A DNA stretch of 64,000 bases from Selenomonadales bacterium (GCA_018335585.1 JAGXRZ010000046.1:11832-75831); one strand, 5' to 3'. Shown: positions 1 to 8,952, counted from the stretch's first letter. Program-made: numbers and translations. Notes: a model not told the origin generated them from the letters alone.

Positions 1-267
1 AAAAAGGCGGGGCTTGGGCAAGCAACCATCAGAGAAATAGAGATGGGGGAGAAGAGCCCCAACATTATCACGCTAGAGAAAATCTGCACCGCCTTAGAAA
101 TTTCCCTCGCCGAATTCTTCGCTGAGGACGACTGCATCAAAGTAGCGGAGTCGCCTTGTGGCTACGGTGACTATGCCGATCTCCCTAAGGAGGCCGTCGA
201 GCGAGTCGAAGAGCTGATCGCGCTGTATCGGCTGAAATACAAAACGGAGAAAGAAGCGAAGAAATAG
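1..267 (+). CDS. XRE-family HTH transcriptional regulator, 5'-partial (begins before the window)
   Basis: Frame-1 translation from nt 1 reads ...AGLGQATIREIEMGEKSPNIITLEKICTALEISLAEFF, which is the helix-3 region of a Cro/CI-type HTH. The listed ORF 43..267 is its internal Met. Confidence 0.5.
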   Translation, partial: KKAGLGQATIREIEMGEKSPNIITLEKICTALEISLAEFFAEDDCIKVAESPCGYGDYADLPKEAVERVEELIALYRLKYKTEKEAKK

Positions 268-326
268 TGTGTCGTCCCAACCGCGACGCCGCATCCCCCA
301 ACCCTTGAACGACCTTCGCTAATGGC

Positions 327-548
327 CTAGCCGTCTTTACGCACCGTAAAGCTCACGGGCAAAAAAATACTGTCAGAGGAAACCTGAAGGATCTGCCCGA
401 TCGCCTCTGCAAGCTCTCGGGTGGCCGGACGCATCCCGCTTTCGATAAGATAATACCGACTGGCCCCGATATTCAGCTGCTTCGCCATGCCGGTCAAGCT
501 CTCCCCTCTAGCTTCACGTAGTTTCCGAAGCTCCGTCACTTCTTTCAC
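327..548 (-). CDS. XRE-family HTH regulator (Cro-like, 73 aa)
   Basis: MKEVTELRKLREARGESLTGMAKQLNIGASRYYLIESGMRPATRELAEAIGQIL is a canonical HTH_XRE. It is divergent from the S24 repressor gene across an AT-rich 140-nt region. Confidence 0.6.
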   Translation of the reverse strand: MKEVTELRKLREARGESLTGMAKQLNIGASRYYLIESGMRPATRELAEAIGQILQVSSDSIFLPVSFTVRKDG

Positions 549-696
549 GCTACCACCACCTTTACGCCAAGTAAACCATTCACCCTAATTTTACTTTACA
601 TTGCGTCAATGTCAATACCCTTTTTGTTTTTTCGTAAAGAGTATTTTTATGTTTTACGATTCGTGATAGACTTCCACTAATAGGAGGTGCCTGTAA

Positions 697-1574
697 TGGC
701 TCACTCAATCGGTGCCCGGATTAGGGATCTACGACAAGCTAGAGAAAAAACTCAGGACGAGCTGGGAAAGGTGTTGGGAGTCGGGAACAGCACTATTTCC
801 CTTTACGAAAGTGACAGCAGGCGTCCCGACGTCGACACCCTGCTGCGCCTTGCGAAGTTCTTCAGAGTCTCGACAGATTACCTTTTAGGGCGCACGGATT
901 GCCCCACCGAGCCTCCGCCTCTCCCCACCAATGTCAAGGAGTCCTGCGTAGGATATCTTGATGAGAGCACCGCGGCGCGCCCCATTGAACGGAGCATCCA
1001 GCCAGGGGCGTCTCTCGGCGACACTCTGCGACGTGGCGTAGCCGTGCCCATCCTCGGTCGTATTAAGGCCGGCATCCCCCTGATGTCCGAAGCAAACTTT
1101 GAAGGCGAGATAGAAGTGCCCAAGGACATCAAGGCAGACTTTGCCCTGCGCGTCTCGGGAGACTCTATGTCATGGGCGGGGATCGCGGATGGCGACATCG
1201 CCATCCTAAAACAAGTAACCTCCCCTACTCATGGCGCTGTGGTCGCCGCGGTGGAGGAGGACACATGGGAGGCTACCCTCAAGTTCTACGTGAAAGCCAA
1301 CAGCCACGCAGTGCTGAAGGCGGCGAATCCGGAGTATAAAGACATACCGATCACAGACAGGCATAGGATTATCGGCCAGCTGGTGAGCCTTTCAAAGAAC
1401 CCGCCCGTCTTAAACGATTATCTCGCCCATCTCATGTACAAGGGCGTGGCAGATAAGAAGTGGGAGCTGGCGGTAGAGATAGCGCAACAGCACGGGCTGG
1501 ACGGCGAGAAAGTCGCTAACATTATCTCGGCGTTTGGGCAGATTGGTAAGCACGTAAACTACCGTACGCCTTAA
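697..1574 (+). CDS. CI/LexA-like repressor (N-terminal XRE HTH plus S24 peptidase domain) with an atypical ~58-aa C-terminal extension
   Basis: HTH region: ARIRDLRQAREKTQDELGKVLGVGNSTISLYE. S24 region: ILGRIKAGIPLMSEANFEGEI...LRVSGDSMSWAGIADGDIAILKQ...HRIIGQLVSL. RBS AGGAGG lies 8 nt before the ATG at 697. The extension overlaps the 3' end of tnpB on the opposite strand. Confidence 0.65.
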
Positions 1575-2682
1575 GGCGACGGCTTTGCTCTGGCGCGGCA
1601 GACGGCTCCGCCTCCGAGCAGTGCGGCCGGTTTACAGCGGCCCTGCCGCCAATGTTGACGGCAGCGATTACATCCGCGGGGCCAGCGAGCCCGCACGATG
1701 TGCAGACGAATAGGGATTGGGTTTTGCGGTTCTCTTTGCCGCAATGCCCGCAAGCGGGACAGGTGCGGGAGGTGTTACGGGGGTCAACCAAATGCACGGC
1801 AACTCCCCGCAGGCAGGCTTTGTACGTTAGAAAGCTCCGCAGTTGGGCGAAAGCCCACGAATGGAGTGTTGCGCGCTGAGACCGTCGAGCCTTCGTCCGC
1901 GTGCGGATGTGTGTTAGATCTTCCAACGCAATCGCCCGCTTCGTGCATTCGGCCTTCGCAACAATCCGTTTCGAGAGGCAGTGGTTGACGTGTTTGGCAA
2001 ATCGCCGTTCTTGTCCTGACAGTTTGCGGAGTCGGCGGCGACTACCTAGTGTTCCGAGCTTCTGGAGCTTTTTGCGCAGGCGGCGATGTCGGCACCGCAC
2101 GTTCTTGATGGCCTTGCCGGAGTAGATCTCCCCGTCGCTGTCGGCAGCAATGTTGGTGACTCCTAAGTCGACGCCCAGGGCGCTGTCGCGGGGGACCGGG
2201 ATTGGTGTTTCAACCCGGCAGTTAACGAGGAGATACCACTCCCCCTTAACGCGCAGCACGTCGGATTCTCCCTGTCGTTGGGCAAGCAGGGTTCGCTGGT
2301 GTGGGCCACAGACAAATGGGATGGCCTGCCTTCCTTCCAGTGTCCAAATCGACACCCGCGAATCTTCTAGCGCGAAGGAAAGGATGCGATCGTCGTAAGC
2401 TACTGCCCCGTGTGGCCGAAACGAACGCTTCGCCTTTTTGTCTTTTTTGTAGGCGGCGGTGACCTTAGCTATGCAGCGAACAGCGAGTTGAGCGGATAGG
2501 CCGAAGGTGGCCCGCACTTCGCGGTAGGTTAGGCGATGGAGCGCAAACTGCCTAAAGGTTTGCGTGTCCCATGCCACCTGACCAATAAAGTTACAGGCGG
2601 CATTCGCCGTCTCAAGCGTGCGGCGCAGGGCTTCGGCCTGTTCGGGTGTAGGCAAGAGCTTTACTTGAGCGACGAGATTCAT
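1522..2682 (-). CDS. tnpB: IS200/IS605-family TnpB (OrfB), RuvC-like RNA-guided nuclease
   Basis: 386 aa. The N-terminus MNLVAQVKLLPTPEQAEALRRTLETANAACNFIGQVAWD matches OrfB_IS605. It has a C-terminal zinc finger CPACGHCGKENRKTQSLFVCTSCGLAGPADVIAAVNI. Its RBS is embedded in the last codons of the tnpA remnant. Confidence 0.8.
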   Translation of the reverse strand: MNLVAQVKLLPTPEQAEALRRTLETANAACNFIGQVAWDTQTFRQFALHRLTYREVRATFGLSAQLAVRCIAKVTAAYKKDKKAKRSFRPHGAVAYDDRILSFALEDSRVSIWTLEGRQAIPFVCGPHQRTLLAQRQGESDVLRVKGEWYLLVNCRVETPIPVPRDSALGVDLGVTNIAADSDGEIYSGKAIKNVRCRHRRLRKKLQKLGTLGSRRRLRKLSGQERRFAKHVNHCLSKRIVAKAECTKRAIALEDLTHIRTRTKARRSQRATLHSWAFAQLRSFLTYKACLRGVAVHLVDPRNTSRTCPACGHCGKENRKTQSLFVCTSCGLAGPADVIAAVNIGGRAAVNRPHCSEAEPSAAPEQSRRLKAYGSLRAYQSAQTPR

Positions 2683-2870
2683 CTAGCTCCTCCTTTGCTG
2701 CTCGATGTAGCGTTGAATGGTTTCGGACGAGACGTTTCCGGCGCTACCGAGGTAGTACGACCGACTCCACAACTCGGCGCGCAAGATTCGGGAGGTGTAT
2801 CCCTTGAGTTGATTGGCTATTTGTTGTGGGGCAAGCGTTGGCGGGCAATCAATAAACACATGTAGAATGC
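2683..2870 (-). pseudogene. tnpA: IS200-type Y1 transposase TnpA remnant (C-terminal ~60 aa only)
   Basis: Minus-strand translation ...HVFIDCPPTLAPQQIANQLKGYTSRILRAELWSRSYYLGSAGNVSSETIQRYIEQQRRS* matches the TnpA_IS200 C-terminus. There is no HUH N-terminal half and no start codon; an in-frame stop follows further upstream. Confidence 0.6.
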
Positions 2871-3006
2871 ACGGGGCGACGGGGGCCGTTCTACGGCTGT
2901 TCCGCCTTCCCCAATTGCGAATACACGAGGGCCCGCTAACTAAACTAAAGAGTGATGTTTAGGTGCCCCTCGGGGGCGAGGGTGCGAGCAACTGAGGCAC
3001 CTAGCT

Positions 3007-3363
3007 ATGTTGTTTTACGAAAGATATAATGAGTTTGCGAAGGTAGCAATCAAGAGGGGGTGGGTTGCCATGGTTAGGGATTTTCCTCAACTCGATCAGG
3101 ACGTAGTGTTTCCTCCGAGTGAAACGCTGCTTGAGACGCTAGAGCACTTAGGGATGACGCAGCTGGAACTGGCAAGACGAACCGGCACAACGCCTACGCA
3201 CATTAACCTATTGGCTAAGGGCAATGCTCCACTCTCTCCCGAGATGGCAAGAGCATTGGAAAGGGCGACTGGCGTGCCGGCAAGCCTCTGGACAAACCTT
3301 GGGAAGAACTATCAGGAAGCAAGGGAGCGAGGGGTCAGCCTCGTGATAACAACAAAAAGATAA
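3007..3363 (+). CDS. HTH XRE/HigA-like regulator; possible restriction-modification controller (C) protein or solitary antitoxin
   Basis: ...GMTQLELARRTGTTPTHINLLAKGNAPLSPEMARALERATGVPASLWTNLGKNYQ resembles the HigA/VapI HTH. It sits directly 5' of the methyltransferase gene. An alternative start is Met at 3070. Confidence 0.5.
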   Translation: MLFYERYNEFAKVAIKRGWVAMVRDFPQLDQDVVFPPSETLLETLEHLGMTQLELARRTGTTPTHINLLAKGNAPLSPEMARALERATGVPASLWTNLGKNYQEARERGVSLVITTKR

Positions 3364-3525
3364 AGAGGGCTTCAGCAGCCCCCTTGATCCGACCGTATTA
3401 GTACGATCCCCGGTGCAGCGCGAGTATACTCACGCTCTGCGATATATCGTATATAATTGAATTGTATACCAGCTGTCGCGAATGTCAAGGGCGTCGATTT
3501 GTTTTGTGGGAGAGGAGAGACGAAT

Positions 3526-4731
3526 ATGTCCTACCCAACTATTTCGCTGTTTAGCGGGGCCATGGGGTTAGACTTGGGACTTCGGGAAGCGGGCTTGGAC
3601 ATTAGAGTTTCCCAAGATATTGACCCGTGGTGCGTGAAGACGGCGGACGCGAACAATCACAAGAGTATATTAGGAGATATTCGCAAGCTTCTGGGAGACG
3701 ACCCGGAATGCCGCTTTTTGCTGGAGCCAGCTGGGCTTCAGACAGGAGAGGTTTTTGCGGTCGTCGGTGGCCCTCCCTGCCAGCCATTCAGCACAGCAGG
3801 GAACCGCCTAGGCACTAATGACCCCCGCGGCAGCCTGTTCATGGAGTTCATTCAAGCAATCCGGGCAATGCACCCGCGCTTCTTTGTCATGGAAAACGTC
3901 AAAGGGCTTTTGTCCGTTCCACTCAAACATAGGCCTCTGAAAGACAGGAAGGACGAACCTTTAGTGCCCGAAGAGACACCCGGTTCTGCTTTTGAGATCA
4001 TCAGGCAGATGTTTAACGACCTAGGGTACAAAACAGTTTACGGCATTCTTGATGCAGCTCATTACGGCGTGCCGCAGTTCAGAGAGCGCCTAATTATCAT
4101 TGGCTCAAGAGATAACGAGAATATTTTCCTGCCGAAGCCGACCCACTTCCAGATTCATCAGGACCCGGCACACAGATGGACTACGCTTAAGTCCGCAATC
4201 GAAGACCTAGAAAGCTCCCCGGGCCCCTGCGCCCGCTTTTCGGTTGACCGCATTAATCTCCTGCGCATGATCCCGATGGGAGGGAACTGGCGCAACCTGC
4301 CCAACGACTTGATTCCCATTGCCATGGGAGGAGCATTTGAGAGCGCCGGGGGAAAAGTAGGGTTTTATCGCCGATTGGACTATAATCAGCCCTCCCCCAC
4401 ACTTGTAACTAGCCCCGTACAGAAAGCAACAATGCTCTGCCACCCGACGCAAGACCGGCCCTTGTCTGTACGGGAATACGCCCGGATTCAGCAATTCCCC
4501 GACGACTGGCGGATTGAAGGGAACATAGCCGACTGCTATAGACAAATTGGCAACGCAGTCCCCATCGGGCTTGGCAAGGCCATCGGCCAAATGCTTATAG
4601 CCGTGGCAACCAACAGCGCTGAAATCAGAACCCGTCGGCTACGTGGGACATCTGTTCACCAGAGCCTTCACCAAGCCCAACAGATATCGGTTGAGCGGGT
4701 GGCCGGCGGAAAGAGTGGTGCGGCGAAGTGA
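3526..4731 (+). CDS. DNA (cytosine-5)-methyltransferase
   Basis: Motif I: ISLFSGAMGLDLGL. Motif IV: GGPPCQPFSTAG. Motif VI: ENVKGLLS. The RBS GGAGAGGAGAG precedes the ATG at 3526; the longer ORF from 3457 is probably not used. Confidence 0.85.
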   Translation: MSYPTISLFSGAMGLDLGLREAGLDIRVSQDIDPWCVKTADANNHKSILGDIRKLLGDDPECRFLLEPAGLQTGEVFAVVGGPPCQPFSTAGNRLGTNDPRGSLFMEFIQAIRAMHPRFFVMENVKGLLSVPLKHRPLKDRKDEPLVPEETPGSAFEIIRQMFNDLGYKTVYGILDAAHYGVPQFRERLIIIGSRDNENIFLPKPTHFQIHQDPAHRWTTLKSAIEDLESSPGPCARFSVDRINLLRMIPMGGNWRNLPNDLIPIAMGGAFESAGGKVGFYRRLDYNQPSPTLVTSPVQKATMLCHPTQDRPLSVREYARIQQFPDDWRIEGNIADCYRQIGNAVPIGLGKAIGQMLIAVATNSAEIRTRRLRGTSVHQSLHQAQQISVERVAGGKSGAAK

Positions 4732-5498
4732 TTAACGATCTCGAAGCGAAAATCGGAGAGTTGCTGGACGATTTTTACTCACGCCGGATCCAAAAGGTAA
4801 AGACACTCAGGCTAGGGGATGCGCTCAAACGCAAGAACCCGTATCTATACCGTGCTATTGGCGTTCAAAAGGCATCAGAGATCGTTGAGGGGTTGCTGAT
4901 GGCCTATATGTCCAGCAGCGACGAAGGCATATTCGGCGATGCGTTCTTTGAACCGCTTGCAAAGTTTGTATCCGGGGGTACCGTGTCTCCTTCCGAGGGA
5001 GTAGACGTCGCCATTGAAACTGAAACAACGTACAAGGCCATTGCCGTTAAAAGCGGCCCAAGCGTCTTTAACTCCCAAAGCAAGAGGCGTCAGGCCGACG
5101 ACTTCAAAGCCGTAGGTAACCGTCTAAAGAAGCTACAGAAGATGTTCGACCCAATCGTCGGCTACGGCTACGGGAATAAACAGCAAAAAAAGACTAGCAC
5201 CGCAGCGTTTAGAGAATTGGCCGGGCAAGCCTTCTGGGAAGAGATCACCGGCGACCCGGATTTTTACCTCAAAATTGTGCGCCTGATGAAGAACAAGCCC
5301 CAAGAACACCTGCCCACCTATCGCGAAGCTTGGGATGCCGCCGTGAACCGATTTACTCGCGACTTTACCCAAGACTTCTGTGCTGAAGACGGCAGTATCG
5401 ATTGGGAGAAGCTCGTCCAATACAATAGCGGTAAACAAACGCTCCTTTTCACGCCGATCAAGAGCGTCGGGGCAAACCCTAAACAGCGAGGTGATTAG
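4728..5498 (+). CDS. Putative type II restriction endonuclease, cognate to the methyltransferase
   Basis: The start overlaps the methyltransferase stop (ATGA coupling). A candidate PD-(D/E)xK motif reads ...EGVDVAIETETTYKAIAVKSGP. No other recognisable family. Confidence 0.4.
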   Translation: MINDLEAKIGELLDDFYSRRIQKVKTLRLGDALKRKNPYLYRAIGVQKASEIVEGLLMAYMSSSDEGIFGDAFFEPLAKFVSGGTVSPSEGVDVAIETETTYKAIAVKSGPSVFNSQSKRRQADDFKAVGNRLKKLQKMFDPIVGYGYGNKQQKKTSTAAFRELAGQAFWEEITGDPDFYLKIVRLMKNKPQEHLPTYREAWDAAVNRFTRDFTQDFCAEDGSIDWEKLVQYNSGKQTLLFTPIKSVGANPKQRGD

Positions 5499-6677
5499 GT
5501 GCGCGGTATTGTTGTGAAGAAGGGAAAGGGTTGGTATGTCGTTCTCGAGATGAAGACCGAAGACGGCGAGAGGGACAGGAAATGGAGGTCTCCGCGCAAG
5601 GAACTTGGGCTCAAGAAACCCGCTACTAAGAAACAGGCCCAGGAGCTACTTATCAAGCTGTCCCACGACTTGCAGCAGGGCACCTATATCGCGCCAAACG
5701 ATATGACCTTCGGCGAGTTACTGGATCGTTGGCTGGATATCCACGGCAAGCAGAATCTGGCGAAAACGACTTATGCCATCTACGCCTCGCATATCAGCAA
5801 ACACATAAAACCCGAGCTTGGCGCGATACAGGTAACCAAGCTCAAAGCATTTCATCTGCAGCAGTTTTACAGTAAAAAACTCGAGGGTGGGCGCGCAGAT
5901 AAGAAAGATGGGGGCCTCTCACCAGCCACGATAAACGACATGCATAAGGTAAGCAGCGCCGCCCTTGAGGCAGCGGTTACGTGGGAGATAGTTGCTAAGA
6001 ATGTTGCCCAATCAATTTCCCCGCCTAAAGTATTGGAAAGACGTCAGCAAACATGGACTGTAGACCATGCCCAGACATTCCTTAGCTCCATATCAGGGCA
6101 TAGACTGCACCCACTATATGTGTTGGCGATCGCCACAGGCATGCGGCGCGGCGAAATATTAGGCCTCCGTTGGCAAGACATAGACTGGGAAACAGGCGCC
6201 ATACACATCGTACAGTCACTGGTAGCCACTCCCGACGGCCCGATCGTCACGAATACGAAGACCAGCTCGGGGAGGCGGGCCATAGTAATCTCAGAAGGTG
6301 TTCTGGAGATACTTAAAGATCACAGAGACAAGTGTTGTGAGGAATCGGCTATGCGGTCTCGTGGGGACGGAGGTGTCTTGGTGTTCACATCCGAGCGCGG
6401 CACTCCATTGCTCCCCCGAAATCTCCTGCGGCACTTCTATTCGGCTTGTGAGAGAGCCGGTGTGCCCAAAATACCTTTTCATGCCTTACGCCACACCCAC
6501 GCCACCATCATGCTCAAACACGGAGTGCATCCCAAAGTTGTGTCGGAGAGATTGGGACACTCAAGGGTAGGGGTAACCTTAGACATCTACTCTCACGTGC
6601 TCCCTGGCCTGCAGGCCGAGGCCGCTAATTTGGCCGACCAAGCGGTGCTCCCGGACAAAAATAAAACCTCGCGGTAG
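5499..6677 (+). CDS. int: Tyrosine site-specific integrase (phage-integrase family)
   Basis: N-terminal arm-binding region MRGIVVKKGKGWYVVLEMKTEDGERDRKWRSPRK. Catalytic region ...LRWQDIDWETGAIHIVQS...HALRHTHATIMLKHGVHPKVVSERLGHSRVGVTLDIYSHV (R..HxxR..Y). It sits adjacent to the tRNA-Val 3' end. Confidence 0.85.
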   Translation: MRGIVVKKGKGWYVVLEMKTEDGERDRKWRSPRKELGLKKPATKKQAQELLIKLSHDLQQGTYIAPNDMTFGELLDRWLDIHGKQNLAKTTYAIYASHISKHIKPELGAIQVTKLKAFHLQQFYSKKLEGGRADKKDGGLSPATINDMHKVSSAALEAAVTWEIVAKNVAQSISPPKVLERRQQTWTVDHAQTFLSSISGHRLHPLYVLAIATGMRRGEILGLRWQDIDWETGAIHIVQSLVATPDGPIVTNTKTSSGRRAIVISEGVLEILKDHRDKCCEESAMRSRGDGGVLVFTSERGTPLLPRNLLRHFYSACERAGVPKIPFHALRHTHATIMLKHGVHPKVVSERLGHSRVGVTLDIYSHVLPGLQAEAANLADQAVLPDKNKTSR

Positions 6678-6711
6678 AAGATTGGTAGAACTTTTGCGAT
6701 TTGAGGGCAAA

Positions 6712-6754
6712 ATGCTTCAAAAAACCAAACCGCCAAGGGCTTAAAACCCTTGGC
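6712..6754 (-). terminator. Intrinsic terminator downstream of tRNA-Val
   Basis: Hairpin GCCAAGGG-(7 nt)-CCCTTGGC followed by GGTTTGGTTTTTTG on the minus strand. Confidence 0.6.
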
Positions 6755-6768
6755 GTTCCTAGTTCTTA

Positions 6769-6845
6769 TGGTGGGAGCAACAGGGTTCGAACCTGTGACC
6801 TCTACCGTGTCAAGGTAGCGCTCATCCCAACTGAGCTATGCCCCC
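6769..6845 (-). tRNA. tRNA-Val (anticodon GAC)
   Basis: Minus-strand sequence GGGGGCATAGCTCAGTTGGGATGAGCGCTACCTTGACACGGTAGAGGTCACAGGTTCGAACCCTGTTGCTCCCACCA. Cloverleaf, anticodon loop TTGACAC, encoded CCA. Confidence 0.85.
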
Positions 6846-6872
6846 GCGGCGACTTTCATTATACAGGCGTAG

Positions 6873-8606
6873 CTAGACAGTGTCAACCTGTTGATCTGCC
6901 CGGCCTATCGCCACACTCACTCGCTGCGTGCCGCCGCGCTGCGACAGCAGCCATACCGTAAGTTCTGTGGCTGGCACTTCGTCTTTGACGCGGATATTCC
7001 ACTTTACGCGCACCGTGCCTCGCTGCGGCGGAAACACGTAGTAGAACCAAGCTTTCTGCCCTGCTGAATACCCCTCAAGGTGGCCTACTTCATACTGATG
7101 TTCGCAGTTGACGAGCTCCATGCCTTTAGGTAAATCCAGCCGTACCAGGTCTGGCCTTACCGCCTTTTGTTTTATAGCTTGCTTTGTTATGTTCGTCGAC
7201 AGGAACCCGTGGTTTGACACCACCGCATGCACGCTGTATAGATTTTCGCCAAGGGGCTTAACCGTAACTTCGTCAATGTGCACTTCTGGTAGGGCTAGGG
7301 CGTAGCTCAGGGCAAACGCAGTCATCCTGTGACACTCAGCGTGGAGGAGGTGGCGAGGTGGATTCTGGCGGTACTCCTTCACTTTCCATCCGCCCACCTC
7401 GACTTCGCCAAACTGCGGATGCGCGACCTTTTGCCACGGCACAAAGCCCTCGCCTGTAAGCTCGCGGTCGTTCCACTGCAGCAGCTTGAGCTCGAGCTTG
7501 CGACGGTCGATTTTTTCCGGGGCCTTGAGAAAATCTGCTTTCATCTCGGGAGCGGCGCGACCTACGGCGTCCCAAAGCTCGGGAGTAAAAGCGAGCAGGC
7601 CAAGCTGGTCAAAGCACCAATCGTCAAGCACGCCTGAGGAATCGTCGCCGTAACAGCAAATGACAGGATACCCGGTGGCGTTTTCGCCGAGCTTGCCTAC
7701 AGCCTGATAAAGGGCAATGTCTTCCTCCGCAAAGTCTTTATCGGGAATGGTGCTGTGCGGCCTAAACAGCAGCCCTCCGGTGGTATGGTAGAGCAACACC
7801 CCAGCTATATTGGGGCGCTGGCTGATAAACTCCACCTGACACCTCGTTTCGGGTTCGGAGAGCGGATAAGGGCCGGCACCGGTTGTTTGAATGTTAAACC
7901 CAGAGGGGAAGTTGCGGTTAAGGTCAAGACCGTACTTGGTGGCCACATGCGCAAAGGGCGGCAGCACTTCCTCCACCCATTCGCCCTTGGCGTCCTTAAG
8001 CACGCCTTCGGTATACAGATGATAAAACGGCCCTACCATGTCTAGCGGCGAGCGCTCCGTCATCAGACGCGAGTCTTCCGGGTCTACCTTCCATGCACCG
8101 CGGGCATCGTCGCGAATGCGCATAGTTAGAATCAGGCCATTGCCGTCAAAATCCTCGGCGTGCAACCCAGGTGGGTCTTCGTACTTGCGAAAATCCGGGA
8201 AGGGACGGACGCTGCTGCGCAGCTGAGCCGGTGTAGCCAGATAGAGCTCGGCGCCATCTGGGTTAATGCGCGGCAAAACGTAAAATGTGCGTGAGTCCAA
8301 CAGCTTCGTGACCACAGCATCTGTCCCGTAGCGCGAAAGCAGATAGTCAATTAAGTGCAGCGCGGCCATGGAACCGGTGACTTCTCCGGCGTGAATATTG
8401 CCGTCGATGTACATGCCGGGCTTCTCTAGCGGCGCGCCCGTGCGAGGGTTCGTGATAGTCACAGCCCAAATGTCGCGTCCCTCGTAGCTCTTACCCACAG
8501 ACGTCAAAGTGACAAAGTCGGAGTACTGCGCCTGTAAGTTGTGTAGCGCAGCAGTAAGTTCCTGATAACGTAGATAGCTGTCAAACTTTAGTGCTGTGTT
8601 CCCCAT
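6873..8606 (-). CDS. M14-family zinc metallocarboxypeptidase
   Basis: 577 aa. ...YIDGNIHAGEVTGSMAALHLIDYLL...VLPRINPDGAE fits the M14 zinc-binding HxxE region. Confidence 0.65.
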   Translation of the reverse strand: MGNTALKFDSYLRYQELTAALHNLQAQYSDFVTLTSVGKSYEGRDIWAVTITNPRTGAPLEKPGMYIDGNIHAGEVTGSMAALHLIDYLLSRYGTDAVVTKLLDSRTFYVLPRINPDGAELYLATPAQLRSSVRPFPDFRKYEDPPGLHAEDFDGNGLILTMRIRDDARGAWKVDPEDSRLMTERSPLDMVGPFYHLYTEGVLKDAKGEWVEEVLPPFAHVATKYGLDLNRNFPSGFNIQTTGAGPYPLSEPETRCQVEFISQRPNIAGVLLYHTTGGLLFRPHSTIPDKDFAEEDIALYQAVGKLGENATGYPVICCYGDDSSGVLDDWCFDQLGLLAFTPELWDAVGRAAPEMKADFLKAPEKIDRRKLELKLLQWNDRELTGEGFVPWQKVAHPQFGEVEVGGWKVKEYRQNPPRHLLHAECHRMTAFALSYALALPEVHIDEVTVKPLGENLYSVHAVVSNHGFLSTNITKQAIKQKAVRPDLVRLDLPKGMELVNCEHQYEVGHLEGYSAGQKAWFYYVFPPQRGTVRVKWNIRVKDEVPATELTVWLLSQRGGTQRVSVAIGRADQQVDTV

Positions 8607-8730
8607 ACATACTCCCCTCTCGCGGCAAGATGTGGCCTTGTCTTATTCTAATTTCTGCTTGCCGCAGTCGAATTCCTGCCGTTGGGTCAATGTCGCAATC
8701 CTCCGTTCCCTCAAGGACACGCCTCGACAC

Positions 8731-8769
8731 GCGAAAACAAAAAGAACCGTCCCTTTTGTTTCGGTTCTT
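8731..8769 (-). terminator. Intrinsic terminator at the end of the tRNA cluster
   Basis: Hairpin AAGAACCG...CGGTTCTT followed by TTTGTTTTC on the minus strand, just 3' of tRNA-Leu. Confidence 0.55.
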
Positions 8770-8782
8770 TTACTTGGGAGTA

Positions 8783-8871
8783 TGGTGCCGAAGGCCGGAA
8801 TCGAACCGGCACGCCCCTCACGGAGCGAGGGATTTTAAGTCCCTTGCGTCTGCCTGTTTCGCCACTTCGGC
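8783..8871 (-). tRNA. tRNA-Leu (anticodon TAA)
   Basis: GCCGAAGTGGCGAAACAGGCAGACGCAAGGGACTTAAAATCCCTCGCTCCGTGAGGGGCGTGCCGGTTCGATTCCGGCCTTCGGCACCA. Long variable arm, anticodon loop CTTAAAA. Confidence 0.8.
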
Positions 8872-8877
8872 AAAAAT

Positions 8878-8952
<75 letters not shown>

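Larger units (their letters stand above)
1400..3000 (-). mobile_element. IS200/IS605-family element (tnpA remnant plus intact tnpB); boundaries approximate
   Basis: tnpA and tnpB are on the same strand and overlap. The host S24 repressor domain ends near nt 1400, whereas the ORF continues to 1574 under tnpB. A nested hairpin lies at 2955-3006. Confidence 0.45.

Noticed and set aside
3457-3525. Longer N-terminus of the methyltransferase (MNCIPAVANVKG...)
   Set aside because: There is no RBS. The strong RBS GGAGAGGAGAG and motif I immediately follow the Met at 3526.
6700-6760. A second tRNA or att-site remnant between the integrase and tRNA-Val
   Set aside because: The region folds as a simple terminator hairpin (GCCAAGGG/CCCTTGGC) with a T-tract on the minus strand. 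No cloverleaf and no copy of the tRNA 3' end.
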